The notes under the pieces were generated by a model. It ran no database searches. It saw only the letters and a list, made by a program, of their open reading frames with translations, and was not told the origin of the DNA. Positions 11,413 through 25,168 of a stretch of DNA of 53,215 bases are shown here, in pieces; the first letter of the stretch is position 1, and each line of letters begins with the position of its first letter. The position numbers and the translations under genes were made by a program. The DNA is from Intoshia linei (Eukaryota > Animalia > Orthonectida), in contig LWCA01000110.1 of NCBI GenBank assembly GCA_001642005.1, positions 1-53,215 on the forward strand. The letters are read 5' to 3'.

Positions 11413-13925
11413 TTATAAATTGTACTTTTTGTACCAATTTCGACCAGTACAATCATTCATCTTGTTGGTTACATGCATACCTTCTTTATTTTTATTTATA
11501 AATTGATTATCCATTGTGTGTCTAGGAAGTCCAGCTAAATTGTCAATTTAATTTTAAAAAAAGTGACTTTTGGAATATAAAGTTTATAACTCAGTTTTAT
11601 TTTTTGTTAATAAATTTATCCTGTCAAATGTAATTTAATTATGACAAATTGATCCACGAAATAAAAAGCAGATTGATTTACCTAAAACATGTTTGGCTCG
11701 AATTATATTGGATGGTAAAGGGACATATTTTATTTTAATTTCTTTTGCAATGTTTGGTTTAAATTTTTCATCTATATTGAAAATTTTAAAAAAAAACAAA
11801 ATTTGTATTACAATTTTTTTCATTCGTTTGGTCCAAGCTTGGAGAATTAGATTTTGAGTTTTTTGATTCTCTAATTTTTAATTAGTAATTGTAATAAAAT
11901 CAACCATAAATGAAAAATTGACTTGATTGATATTTTGGTTGGAGATATTTGCACAGGTGAGGTGGGTAGTATATTCTAAAAATTTTTTATGATTTTGAAA
12001 AAAAATTTATTACGCTGATAATTGCTTTGATTTTAGGCGATTTTACAGAATTTCTCAAAAATTTGTGTTTGAGCGTCTAAATTTTGACATTGTTCAGTAT
12101 CTTCCGATTTAACGTTACATACATGATGGTGTAATCGAAAATTCATGGACATTATACTGGTTCCCAAACGTTACAATATCCAGAATCCTCATTCCGGATA
12201 CACATTATTTTATTATTATAAAAAATTTGATACTCTATTCAATTTAAATTTTCATATAACCGAATTTAGAAACCAGTGCATGGTATTTTTGAAATGTTAT
12301 AATTTTGAAATATTACTTGATGAGCGGATAGACGCATGTCTGGGTTCCACACAATTAATGCATTTAAAAAACTGATCAAATCTCCACTAGCATTGGGCAT
12401 AACTTGAATAAAGGGTGTTTTACTAAGACTAGGCCATCGGAAATGCATCATTTTGGATAATTTAATTCCTTCAGCCCATGTAAACTAAATTATTAATTTT
12501 AAATAAAAGTTTCTTTAATTTTATTATTACAATTGTATAATAATTATTTACTAATTACAAATTCAATTAAATATTAGTTTTATTCTAAATAATTTCATAT
12601 CTTACCTGAAATGGAGTTCCCAGTAAACCGCAAATCTTGTAAATCATATCGATTTCATTGTGTCCAGGAAAAAGTGGTCTTAGAGTATATACTTCAAAAA
12701 TGACACAAGCAGCAGCCCACATATCAATAGCGGCGGTGTAGTTAACGGACCGCAATAAAATTTCTGGTGATCTGTACCTTAAAGCATAATAAGATATAAA
12801 TAAAAATTAATAATACATTATGTATCACCTGGAGTTTAACCATGATTTTTAAATTTGATTCGTAAAATGCCAGTAAAATTCTTACCCGTGCCAATACACA
12901 TTTTACGGAACAAAATATAACCATAACTATATTTTAAACCAATCATTCTCAACATGTTCACAGCTGTTTTTTAGGGGAATATGAAAAATTTTATAGTTAA
13001 ATTATTACCGCAATAAAATAAAATTTCTTAATACTCAATTAAATTAAAAATATTAAACATTAAAAACTATTTTAGGGAAATTTGGCCAAGATCACAAGCC
13101 CGAACCGGTTTACAATTATATAATATACCATCTAGTTGAAACATATTCAGTATATGGAGGTTTAGAACGAATTTCTCGTGCTAATCCAAAGTCCGCAATT
13201 TTAATTGATTGAATTCCATTGTGGCACAACAAATTCTCTGGCTTTATGTCTCTTTATTAAAATAATAATTAGATGCCATAACTTTTAAAATATCAACAGA
13301 AAAACTAACTTTTCATTAAATTTATAGTGTTCAAAATCTTACAAGTTACTTTTAGCTACCTCAACCGCATTTAATTTTAAACTTGATAAAAGGCTTTAAT
13401 TTTAATGATGAAATTTTAAATTTAACCAACCATTTACGCTTTGCTACCGTTTTTATGATTCATTTAATTACCTATGAAAAACTCCATTTTTATGCATAAA
13501 ATCTAGAGCTAAAAATAATTGATGAGCTATAGATCGCACATTTTGTTCAGAGAATTTCGTTTTTCTAATTTTATTAATTCAACCTTGAGTATTCAAGTAT
13601 ATACTAACCTATCGCTAATAATTTGATACAAATTGGCATGCATGTGTTCAAATACAAAGTACAATATATTATTTTCTCGGATAACTTCCTTTAATTTTAT
13701 AATATTTCTATGATTCAATGTACGCAAGACTTTAACTTCACGTAACGAGAGACAGTCGGACCAAGAATAAAATTTTCTCTTTATCCTGCAAAAAAATTAA
13801 AACTCTAGAGACTTTAAAAGTAACCGCTTGATAGCTACTTTACCCTTGGTTTCTAAATGAATGGCTAACATAACGATACCATAAGCTCCGTCGCCAATTT
13901 GATTAATTATTTGATAACGATTCAT
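11413..13925 (-). CDS. MAK: MAK/ICK (RCK family, DYF-5-like) Ser/Thr kinase, multi-exon
   Basis: [18 protein letters not shown]...VAIKR|[18 protein letters not shown]...FHR|DIKPENLL...[24 protein letters not shown]|[10 protein letters not shown]...LRPLFPG. The C-terminus [10 protein letters not shown] resembles the MAK/ICK tail GRxDWxxKY. Confidence 0.9.
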
Positions 13926-14125
13926 AAATAAATCAGAACTAAATTGTATTTATCTAAGAAACAGAAAACACTGAAATGGAAAATACGAGATTGAAATAAA
14001 CTAAAATCTGGAATAAAATTAATTTATTTTTACACCTATACAAATCAAATATATGCGGTTGACTGCACAATCTATCGCTCTTAGTAGTAAAAAATATGTA
14101 CACTTGTTTGAATTTACAGGTGAAA

Positions 14126-17100
14126 TCAGGTAAAATCGACACGTGGCCGTTTAGCCGGAGGTATTTTGTTTGTTTCGAGTGGTGTTTCGTTGTTTATATT
14201 ACAGTTTGTAAGTGTATCAGCGTCTGCATTAAGAGGGGTGTTAATATTTTGAGAAATAGAATCAGTAGCAGTGGCAATGTTTATATTGTCTGTCAGACTT
14301 TGTAAAATGTCCAAGTTGTTTTTTTCGTCAATTTGACAAGTTTTACTAAGAGTAGAAGTAAGAAGAGAGTCAATTTCTTTCTTTTTTTTTTCACTGTCAG
14401 CGGGTTTATCTTCATCGTCAGATTCTTCATCAGAATAATCAACTAGATTGCTTAATTTTGGCAAAATTTTGAGTTTAAGAGACCCGATACACGATTTCTT
14501 TTTCGGAAACGGATGTGGACTATTTCCTAAATTGAATGTAATTTTTCGGTTTTTTACAGACATCAACGAATCTTCTTCCTCAGTCTTAAATTGACATCTT
14601 GGTTTAAAATCATCTTCAAAATCATCAATATTAACATTTTTAGACTTGGAAAAAAGAAAGTCGTCGTCATCATCATCATTTAATTTGGAATCAACTTCAA
14701 GAGATTCTTCTTGGTCGAACCATAATTCCTCCTCGTCGTCAATTAATTTATATGATTTTTTAGAGACATTGGACGTAGATAGACTATTTGACGCTAAAGG
14801 AGGTTCATTATTTCGATATCTCTTGACACAGTCATCCATTCTTTTAAAAGTCGACACATATGTCAAAGACGATACACTATCCGTAAAATGGTTATCAATA
14901 ATGTAAGTCAAAAGAAAAAAAATCTTTTCAGTAATCATGTACTCAAAGAAATCAATTATTGCTGAATCAATTAAATTATTTTGATGTTCATTTTCTAAAA
15001 AACATTCAAAAACACATTTTAACATTCCTTTATCAACCAAATATTTATTAAAAGAATTGTCTTTTTTTGTAATAATTTTTCTGACCAATCGAATTACTGC
15101 AAGTTTTGTGAATTTAAACTTTGATTGAAAAATTACAGTAAGTTTCCCAATAATATCATAATCCATAATAAAAACCTTTGCTTGAAACGGATGAAAATCT
15201 ACGCAATACAAAAGAAGCTCAGCAATGATTGAAATAACTTGAGCATTAAAATAATTATCTATAAAATTTTCTTTCAATTCTGTAAGAGGTTTATTGAATC
15301 CTTGTTTGCCTTTTTTGAAAAAAACTTTGACAAAATCAGATCGATCCATTTTAATATAACCATTCATTGAGTCTGGGTCAAGTAGATTTTTGAAAATGTG
15401 TAAAATGTTAATTCCATTGCTCATGCCTGATTCCTGGTCGCTAAACATTTTATCCAGTAAAAGTTCCATGAAATTCGTTTCGACGTCATTTTTATCTTGA
15501 TTTAATATGTAGTTTCTTATTAATGAGCAATTGTATTCTGCGCACTGGCTTAAAATTTCAACTATAACACAATCAAGATTCATTTTTTCGTCTTTTAAGT
15601 TGTATTCCAAAACTTGAAAAAAACCACATTTTATAAATTTATCATAGAATTCGTTGCGTTTATCTATATTCAAATTAACCGCAAAATTTGTCAATTCTCG
15701 AACAAATAATAAACAATTATTTCGTTTGGTCAATAATTCGTCTTCCGATTTGGGTTTGACGCAAGTTTCGATGGGATCGGAGCTGAGAGTTGGGACGATG
15801 CTCGGAATAGGACAAGAGTCTGGCGTGTTTGGAGTTACGCATTCTTCAGTTTCGCTAGCATTTTCTAGATTGTAGTTTTCCAAGTCAGATGCATCGCTTG
15901 TATTGTAGACATTATCGTCTGGAAATTCTGAACGGGAAGTGTCATTATCCTCCTTTCCAATTAAAATATTTGTTAATCGTCTGAAAATCAATTTTTCTTG
16001 CTAAAATTTTAAATCAATTTAAAAAATGTATCTTTTTACACTATAATTAGCAAAACATTATACAGATTATTTTATTTATGACTGTTTTTAGGATTGTACT
16101 CATTAAAAAAATCGGATCATAAAATTGTTTCTAAAATTCTTTACACAAATGTTAACAAAATAAAATTAAGTGGAATAATTCACTTTAAATTTAATTTAAT
16201 CAGAAATGGCCGGGTCATAGTGAAAAAAGTTTAGGAAACATTCCTTTAAATGATTTGTACAAGTGAATGTAGCAATTGTATGTAAGATTTTATTATTTTA
16301 TTTATTTTTTTGGAAAAATAAAAAAGTCCGCCCTCGGTAGATCTAGGTTCTGTTTGTACTCCGTACAAACAGTTAATCTAGATATATAACAAATAAACAT
16401 ACCAAAACCAGGTTGACAATATCCACCTTAATACTAGCAATTTTTGAAGTTAAATTTGATAAAGCATGTTCTTCAAATAAATTTGTCACTGGTGCAACAA
16501 TATCATACAAAAATTTCATATTATATGCTTTATGAATATTTTCAAACAGTTTTTTGTTTGTAAAGTCAATACACTTTTTAAATTTTACTTTCTTTGTCAA
16601 AAAGTCTCTATAATTTCGTTTTTCATTAAAGTCTGGATTGTATTCCAATGCACCAATTACATGTATAAATATCCCATCTTCAAATATTAAATCAAAAAAT
16701 TCAGTTCGGTTAAAGAATATAATGGACTAAATGATAAATAAAGTAATATTTTTAGATATAATCAAAAAATATTCTGACAAAACAAGTAGAAAAAAGAAAT
16801 ATAAATTAAAAACTTTAAAACAACCCAGCTAAAATAGTTACAATTTAAAACGGGGTCTTCAACGGGTCGTATATCTACCCTGGGCGTTTTGAGATATTTT
16901 ATTAAATTCAAGAAAAATTAATTAAATTTACGTTTAATTCAATATACATACATTTTTATAATTTATTCATTTTGATGTCAATAGAAAAATATTTTTTGAA
17001 GTTTTTTTGTTATTAAATCTAATGATGCGACAATTCCTAAATTTTCAACGATGCCGACTCCGATGCGATTCCAAATATCTTTGATTGAATCAAAAAAGTC

Positions 17101-18326
17101 GTAAAAATGGTAAAATTTTGCTTATTCCGATTCCTAAAAAATAAGATTTCAGCGAATCCCGATTCCTTGGAATCATCGCATCTCTACTTAAATCCAAACA
17201 TTTTTACTAAAAATCAAAATTTACCAACAATTAAGGAAAAATCCCACTTTTACCAACCCTTTAGTGAAAAATGCAGCTTTACCTACATTTTAGGAAAATT
17301 CCATTTTTACTAACTAATAAAAAAAATTCCACTTTAACCAACCTTTAATGGAAGAATCCAGTTTTACAATCCATAAGGAAAAATACAATTTTAAGGCGAG
17401 AAATCAGAATGTGTGGATTTTATCATAAGAGTAATAAGAAACAAAACGGTCAATTTGTTTCATTTCGTATTTTTGTAAAAATGTTGTAGTCTGATTCAAA
17501 TAATTCAACAAAAACAAAATATACCGAAAAGATATCATAAATTTTTTTAAGATTATCTGTATCTTCCAAATCATCAAGTTTTTTAAAAAGATCAACAAGA
17601 TCTGTAAAATATTTTGGAGTAATAAGATTAATATATCTATCTCGAAATATAGAATTTCCATTCAAAGTGTATAAAATTTCGGTAATATTCTCAATCTTAA
17701 CTTCAGGTAGACTTGCAGGTGCTTCCAAGTCGTCATCAACTGTATCATTGGTTGCATCTCCGTTTTCTTTTTTGATAACCTATAAAGTAAAAATAGATTT
17801 AATCAAATCTTCATCAATCTTTAAACTCTTTACAACGATCATTAAATTTTCATTATATAGATCATCATTAGATTAAAATTTATAAAAAATTTTCAAAACA
17901 AACCAAATTGATGATATCAAGAATTTCATCACATCCATCGCTACTTTGAAAACTATATTACATGTTAAATACAAATTAAAAAACTGAAAAGTAGTCACCT
18001 CAAGGCATATTCTGTTAAATCGTCTGATGTCCAGACGATTAATGATTGCTAAACATTAAATGAAATTGTCAAAAATAAAATTACGCGTTGTTTTTCATAT
18101 TGTTTACTGGGATCTATTCTCACTTTGATAATTATATCGTCTAGTAAAAATTTAAACATGCATCAAAAGGAAATGGAAATTTACCGTCTTTTTCACTTTT
18201 CATAACCAATTCTGTTGTATCATCCATAGTAGCAATAACAGAAATAAACCCAGTTCCACTATCGTCCCAACATCCATCCTTGTTCATAGTATACAATTTG
18301 ACACGATATTTACAGTTGGTAGTCAT
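14126..18326 (-). CDS. PPP4R3: Protein phosphatase 4 regulatory subunit 3 (SMEK/falafel)
   Basis: EVH1-like start YRVKLYTMNKDGCWDDSGTG; ALEYNPDF...RNYRDFLTKKVKFK; a long ARM-like last exon; C-terminal LVDYSDEESD motif and NLS-like PPAKRPR. Confidence 0.92.
16328..16381 (+). mobile_element. Helitron 3'-end fragment in a PPP4R3 intron
   Basis: CCCTCGGTAGATCTAGGTT, then the hairpin CTGTTTGTAC-TCC-GTACAAACAG, then CTAG. Confidence 0.65.
17020..17186. mobile_element. hAT-type MITE, family B
   Basis: Imperfect TIRs TAATGATGCGACAATTCC / GGAATCATCGCATCTCTA; 8-bp flanks ATTAAATC / CTTAAATC; internal CCGATTCC-like subterminal repeats. Confidence 0.7.
17215..17393. repeat. Degenerate ~30-bp minisatellite, about 6 units
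   Basis: Recurring TTTACCAAC...AAGGAAAAATCC-like units. Confidence 0.7.
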
Positions 18327-19285
18327 CAAGTTTCTAGGTAATGCTGGATATAATGTGCAAATGTTTTTAAAAAGTGTGTAAAATGTTCAGATAAATATTA
18401 AAAAATTAATCAAAATGTACCAAGAAAATTTTAGTTTTAAATATTAAAATTAAGTAAAATATCAATGAGAAGTAATTTACTCAGTTTTCATTTCAATCTA
18501 AATTTATTGATGAAGCTATGGAATTTAAGTATTTAATACATATTTAATTAGTGTAACTATTGGAATTTACGCATTGTTAAAGGAAGTACGCATTTGAGCT
18601 GTACCAGTATTGCTAAAATGATTTTGATAAATTTCAATCAGTGTTGAAATGTTTGAAGACTTTACATAAATTAAAAAAATGGACTTGCTTTTTGAGATTT
18701 TTATACATGTATGATGAAGGGTCATTTCTAAAGGCAGTGACCATATTATGGGCTCAAATTTTTTTGCAGTTGTCTACCAAATATAATGGTCATTTTGTAA
18801 CGTAGTTTAGGTATAACTAATTATTTTATTTTTCGTAAGACATAATTGTAATGTTACACTCTATGTCAGTCAAGAAATAAAAATATTAACTTTACACAGT
18901 ACATAGGGTACTTAAATAAAGTGGCCGGAAAAATAGGTACTATTACTTAGTTTATTTGGAATAAATTTTAAGCCAAAGATTTTTAGTTGATTAGTCACAT
19001 TGTCATTAGTGTAAATGAATACATTTATTATATTTATTCATGTATACGTTTATAAAAACAAGAAAATTTTTTCAATCTAAAAAAACGCAAAATCTACCAA
19101 TGTAGACTAATTGTAAGCCAGTTAATTGGCAGAATATGGACAATTACGGCAATTATTACATGTTTCAATAATTTAATGTCGCGGAAAACTTTACTTCATA
19201 TTGTATTTTTTAAATAAAGTGATATTTAAACTAGTAAATTATTGTATCAGATTATAAACCTATTATCGTAATATAACGAGAAAAT

Positions 19286-21610
19286 ATGAAGTAATTTTTA
19301 AATATATCTATTCTCAAAATAATCTATTATCAATTTTACAGATAATATTTTTATTTGTCAAAGATTTCATTTTAACAATTATTTTCCATTTTAGGACAGA
19401 TATTTGTGTTTACAGCGGATTTAAAATTTATCCTGGTCACGGAAAAAGGATCATCAAAATTGATGGAAAAGTATTTTTTATTTATTTCATTCCATGTTTG
19501 TCATGTCATGTATTCATAAAGTTGGTATTTACGTGTAAAAAATTTTAGCAAAAGTTTTAAATCTTTTCTTCCTGAGTCAGTTAAAAAAAATCTCGATTAA
19601 TTTGAGTAATTTTTATCTAAAAAACGTACCTAAATAATCAAACCTTAAATTCGTGTCTAAATGAATAATTCACCAATTATTTTTATTTTTTAGGTTTTAA
19701 ACTTTATTACAAACAAATGTATGCGTTTGCAAGAAAAAAAGAAGAATCCTCGGGATGTTAGATGGACAGTTTATTATCGTAGAAAGCATAAGAAGGATGC
19801 CAGAGATGATCATAAAAGACGTCGCGCTCGAGTTGTTGTTAAAACAGAACGAGGCGTGCAAGGTGCTTCATTAGTTGAAATTGTTTCAAAAAGACAAGAA
19901 AAGCCAGAAATTAGAAAAGCGCAAAGAGACCAGGCTATTTCGTAATTAAATTAAATTAAGCCATTGGCTTTTAAAATTTCTCTGGAAATAAAATTATTGG
20001 GTTTACTAGCAGGTTCTAAAAATAATTTTTTAGGATATTACATTATATTATTTTAACACGATAAGAATAAATTTGAACCTAAATAAATAAGAACGAGCCT
20101 GGCATGCTCAGACACTTGAAAATGAAAAAAATTTCGAAAAAGATGCATAGTATCATACAACCACTAAACACTCCTACTAAGGACGTGGTTCCAGATTGGG
20201 GTGCGTGAGATTCAAAAAAAATTTATTAACCTAATTTATTTTTAATATTTAATATCGAGTTTCCAGATTTTGGGAATTTATCACAAAGCCTAGACGACTT
20301 CTAAGGCATGTGCACAATACTAATACGTCTTGGTATTGACTTTCAATATTAATACTGTTGATACATTTTTTGGAATTATATACTTGAAACGTCATATCCA
20401 ACATCAGCTTTAGCATCTAGGGTTTTTTAGAAATTTTTTTTAAAACCAAACTTTCACGGGAGTTTTTTTAAGATTTTTATTGAACCATACTTTTAAAAGG
20501 GTTTTTAAGAATTTTTTTGAACCTAACTTTTAGGGAGGTTTTTTTAGGAATTTTTTTTTTACGATTAATACAATGAATCAAATTATAAAATAAAGATCTG
20601 TTTCATGTTATTATTATCCCAATATCAATTGTTTGTTTTTTGAAAAAAATTTTTCAAGAATATTGGTATTGTCAATACTTTTTTGGTATTATGTACATGC
20701 CTAATTGATAGGTATAAAATTTTTTACGACAGCCCCTCTTGAAATTTTAGTTAAAAAAAATTTCTTAAAAACCCCCTAAAAGTTTGGTTCAAAAAAATCT
20801 TTAAAATGTAAATTGAAACAAGACTAAAAATGTCAATTTTTTGAAATTCATGAATATTCTCTTTTTTATAGCGATATATGTATTTATTATTTTCATGAGT
20901 CAACTTGAAATATTTTCAAAAGAAAGTTTTTTAGTCCTAACATTTGAGATTTGATCTTTAGTATTGGATGCATGATGAGAAGCATATATTTATAGTTCAG
21001 TTGAGAAACATGAAATTGTTTTGGAAAAGTGATGAAAATTTCACAAAATTTAGCTTTTATAGTAATAGAAACATAAAAAATCAAATTTGTTTTTATACCA
21101 ATACCATAAAATTATTGGTGTTGCACATGTCTACTACCTCTACATTATTATTTCAAAAATCCCATTTTTAGCGACCTATTAATATTAAATACCATTTCAA
21201 ACCGTCAGGGAAAAATACCCTTTTCCAATATTTTTTGGAAAAACACGTTGATAAGATTTTAACAAATAAATTATTTATAAATTGAGAAAAAACCTTGAAA
21301 ATTTAAAAATTGAAAAAAATTTTTTTATAAATATTTTGAAATGGGGTCCGTTCACTATTTTAATTGGGAACCACTGCCATAGGCTTCTACTGTCTTGACT
21401 TGACATTTTATACATAACCCATAAAGTAGTTCAATTTAGTAAAATATATTTTTATAAATACTATATTATAATGTTATTTTTAGTGACGCAAAAAAGAAAA
21501 AGATTAATAAGGCAAACGAGAAAAAGAAACAAAAATCTTCTGAACAGTATTCGAAAAAATACAAAAAACAAGATAAGGCCCAAAAATCTTACAAAATGAA
21601 AAGAGTATAG
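19286..21610 (+). CDS. RPL24: 60S ribosomal protein L24 (eL24), 4 exons
   Basis: MK|TDICVYSGFKIYPGHGKRIIKIDGK|VLNFITNKC...KKNPRDVRWTVYYRRKHKK...GASLVEI...KPEIRKAQRDQAIS|DAKKKK...KRV*. Confidence 0.96.
20304..20702. mobile_element. TIR-bounded MITE-like element in RPL24 intron 3, with internal minisatellite
   Basis: AGGCATGTGCACAATAC / GTATTATGTACATGCCT (15/17 inverted match); no TSD found. Confidence 0.55.
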
Positions 21611-21681
21611 AGATTAAAAAATTTGATGTACCTAATTAAATTTTGAAAAAATTTATTTACATGTAGAAAAATAGGGTCGAT

Positions 21682-22429
21682 TTATGAAGAGAGGTTCATT
21701 TTTTCGAGAAGACTTTTCAAAGTCACATCGAGAATTTCTTCTTGTTCAAGAGTAAGTGGTGTGTATCCCAATTTTTGAGCTTTTAGTAAACGTTTTCTAT
21801 GTCGTCTACTGCAATTAAATTGTCGATGGTCTATTTTTCTATGTAATTTTAATTTGGACATGAGAACACGCTGCCCGGTCGATGTGTATTTTTCTTCGTA
21901 AAGCGTTTCGAGAGGTTTAATTTTAAAATTTAAATTTGGTTTGTCAGGTATTATGGTTTTTTTAGCATCAGTTTTACTGGGTTTATTGGAAAGGTTTAAA
22001 TTGCCTTCTTTGGCCAATTGGTTATATTTTTTACTTTTAAATGGTACAAATTCAGTCTTTTCGGGTCCGTCATTTTTGAGAATTAAAATACCGGAATTAC
22101 GACGTCCTCTATATTTTTTGCAAAATTGTAAATCTGCATCGCTTTCTACGGCGATACTTGAACGTCTCTTTGAATTTGAAACCTTGTGTGAATTATTTTC
22201 ATTAAATGGATCATAGTCAACAACCATATGCATTATGTCTTGTACAGATTCTTTTAATTCTGTGATTATACAATTATTACAAAATTAAAATTGTAATATG
22301 TAACAAAAATTTACCCGTGACTTGAGTATCGATAGTTTGATTCATCTCATCGTGATCAACCGAAACACTGTTCTCTTTCTTCATTATTCTCATTGAACGT
22401 CGTCGGGAAGACTTTTTCAAAATGTTCAT
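21682..22429 (-). CDS. Tantalus/PRR14-like domain protein (2 exons)
   Basis: MNILKKSSRRRSMR...QVT|ELKESVQDIMHM... joins ORF 21682-22233. The C-terminal NFKIKPLETLYEE...VLMSKLKLHRKI resembles the Tantalus domain core LETIFEE...SxxKxKR. Confidence 0.65.
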
Positions 22430-22962
22430 TATTTTTCAATTATAATTATAGTGATTAAATGCATAATGTGCGCCATTACTAAATTCAGTTGCTAAACTCA
22501 CAATAAATTATTTACTTATTATAAAATATTCAGCGTTGGAAAGTTCAATTATTCAAATCAGAATGCATTATAATTACAATTGTATCAAAATTAAAATTGG
22601 GAAACAAAATTATTGACCAAAGTGAGAACTATATGACACAGTATTGATTGGCTGACAAACTAGTTTTATTATATGTAGTCTAAAATTAATTAAATTTAGA
22701 TCACTGACCAGACACTACGCAAACACCAATAATAGAGGCTCGTGTTGTATAAAAAAGCTTATCAACTCAATATCATCACTCAAATCTCCAACTGGATCTG
22801 CTGTTTAGTTATCGTGAAGTATATTAAAATTATTTATCTGTTGCCTAGATTTTATAAAATATTAGTTTAGTTTTCAACTTTAGAAAACAGACGCTAGTCT
22901 AAACTGGATTGTTAATTATAAATTTGGTTTCTTAACTTGTTAAATTTTTAAATTAAATATCA

Positions 22963-25070
22963 ATGGCCAAAAAAAGATTAGGATGTAAGCACTACTTTAG
23001 AAAGTGTAAAATCATTGTAAGTGGGTAGCTAAAATTACCTTTACCTTTATTTACAGGCGAATTGCTGCAATCGAGCATTTTGGTGTCGTATGTGCCACGA
23101 CGATGCCTGCTCACATAAAATCAACCGACGGGAGATTAAACTAATTATTTGTCAAAAGTGCAATATTGAACAAGAAGTAAATTAAGTCATTTTTTATATT
23201 TTATAGTATTTTGTAGGTTTCCAGTACTTGTAAATTTTGTAATACATGTTTTGGCAAATACTTTTGTCGAAGATGTGTACTTTATGACGACGTCGACAAA
23301 AAGCAGTACCATTGTAATAAGTGCCGCAGTTGTAGGTAGTGTTTTATTTTTTTTGTTTTATGGACTTTTAGAGTTGGAGGTAGAGATAACTATGAACATT
23401 GCTGTAAATGCGGCATGTGTATTTTAATATCCTTCTTTGATAAACATCCGGTAATTTATATTAATTTTTATTTAAAAACTTTATTAACGTTAACTTTTAT
23501 AATTTAGTGTATCCCAGATTCAGCATTCGGTAATTGCACTATCTGTTTAGAGTCACTCATGGAGTCACGAAAACAACTATCTATTAATCCATGTGGGCAT
23601 ATTTTACACAAGTATGTTAATATTGTTTAAAATTTAAATCAAGGAAGATAAAATTAAGCCATGCGATAAGTTTTTTGATGACGTTGTGTCATTGTTTGAC
23701 TCTTGGTAACAGACGGCATGGTCATCATTTTGATGGACAAGTTTCAAATTGAAATCAATGTCTAAGACATTATATCTTAGTTATTAAAGTTTTACTCATT
23801 TAAAATACTTTTAAACAGAAATTGATGATTATTGAACCTTTATCCGACAGTGCTCCGTTTTTGTTTAAATTTTTGATTTAAGCCTTGAATGAAGAAGGAA
23901 TATATAATTGTTACTTTAGTGACACGTACAGGATTAAAGCGATTTATTAAAAAAATCGTGGTGGTCCATGGTGGAAAAAGTTTGAGAACCACTGACCTAA
24001 ATGTTGACTATAAATCACACTATTAATTTTAACTTTTTTTAGTAGGGTGTAGAAATATTTGATAATTTTTGTGATATAAATATATAGAAAGTAATAACTG
24101 ATTTCATTATTGGTCCAACTTATCTAATTTTGATTTAATTTAAAATGTTTCAAAACAGCTGAACCTATCGTACTGTAAAACCTCTTTGGGTCTTGATAAA
24201 AGTATTGTAAAATGCTGGCCTCATTATTCCAAATTGAGCACTAAATTATTTTCTTGGATATCATATCTATTGGTGTTTCATGTCACGAGCCTTGAGAGTT
24301 GGTTAGTACACAAAATAGTTATGATATTCAAGAATTTAATTTTTTTAATGTTCAATATAGTAAAATAAGGTCCTATTTTAAAAAAGTTTCGTCGAGGCCA
24401 TCGAAAGATGGATGTCGAGTACGATAGTTATCAATAAGTACGCTTGAAACTAAAAATTTTTCTAATTTACTCCATGAGAGCTTAAAAATTAATTTAAAAT
24501 CTTCTGTCCTACATTTTAATATTTTCGACATACCACTACATTTTAAAATATATTTTTTCAACTACGTCGCATATCGCTACTTTGGAACATTTGATCTAAA
24601 TTTTAGTATTAATTACTTACACTAATTTAGTTAGTTCAGAATGAATACAATTTTTGAAAATTATGTGTTTGACATTTTTTTGACAAGTGGCCCATGGTGA
24701 AAATTTTGAGAACGGACATATCTAAGGATTTGTGAGTTGTATGATTGTTGATTTAAATAATGTTTATATTTATGAAATTGTATAATTAAATATAATCTAG
24801 AATATGCGAAAAGAGAATGATTCGATCAGGGTATTATTTTTCAGTCATTTTAATATTTTTAGAAAATTTAACTGTCCCATCTGCAATCGCTCAATTGTGG
24901 ACATGCAAGCAATATGGCGATACTACGACCTAATTTTAACGCCCGATACATTTTCAGATGAAGTTATCAATATAGTCTGTGCAGACTGCAATAAAAAATC
25001 CAACGTCAAACGAAATTATTATGTTAACAAATGCAAAAAATGCGGATCATTTAACACTGCTATAGATTGA
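22963..25070 (+). CDS. RCHY1: RING finger and CHY zinc finger protein (Pirh2), E3 ligase
   Basis: GCKHYFRKCKII|ANCC...CRMCHD...FGKYFCRRC...KQYHCNKCRSCR|VGG...CTICLE...PCGHILHK|...CPICNRS...CADC...KCKKCGSFNT: CHY, CTCHY, RING and zinc-ribbon domains. Confidence 0.95.
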
Positions 25071-25168
25071 ATTGTAAAATTATGTAGATAAACTCATTTT
25101 TACAATAAATGTTGTTAAAAATTAAAAAATTTTTATTATTAAAATCTTACAATCGTGTATTTACAATC

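Noticed and set aside
20972-21035. ATGATGA and GTGATGA box C-like words in RPL24 intron 3
   Set aside because: No properly placed CTGA and no recognisable rRNA guide.
23640-24720. ORFs 24186-24368 and 24373-24561 in the long RCHY1 intron as a nested gene
   Set aside because: No recognisable domain, and they lie among orphan hAT-like ends; most likely TE debris.
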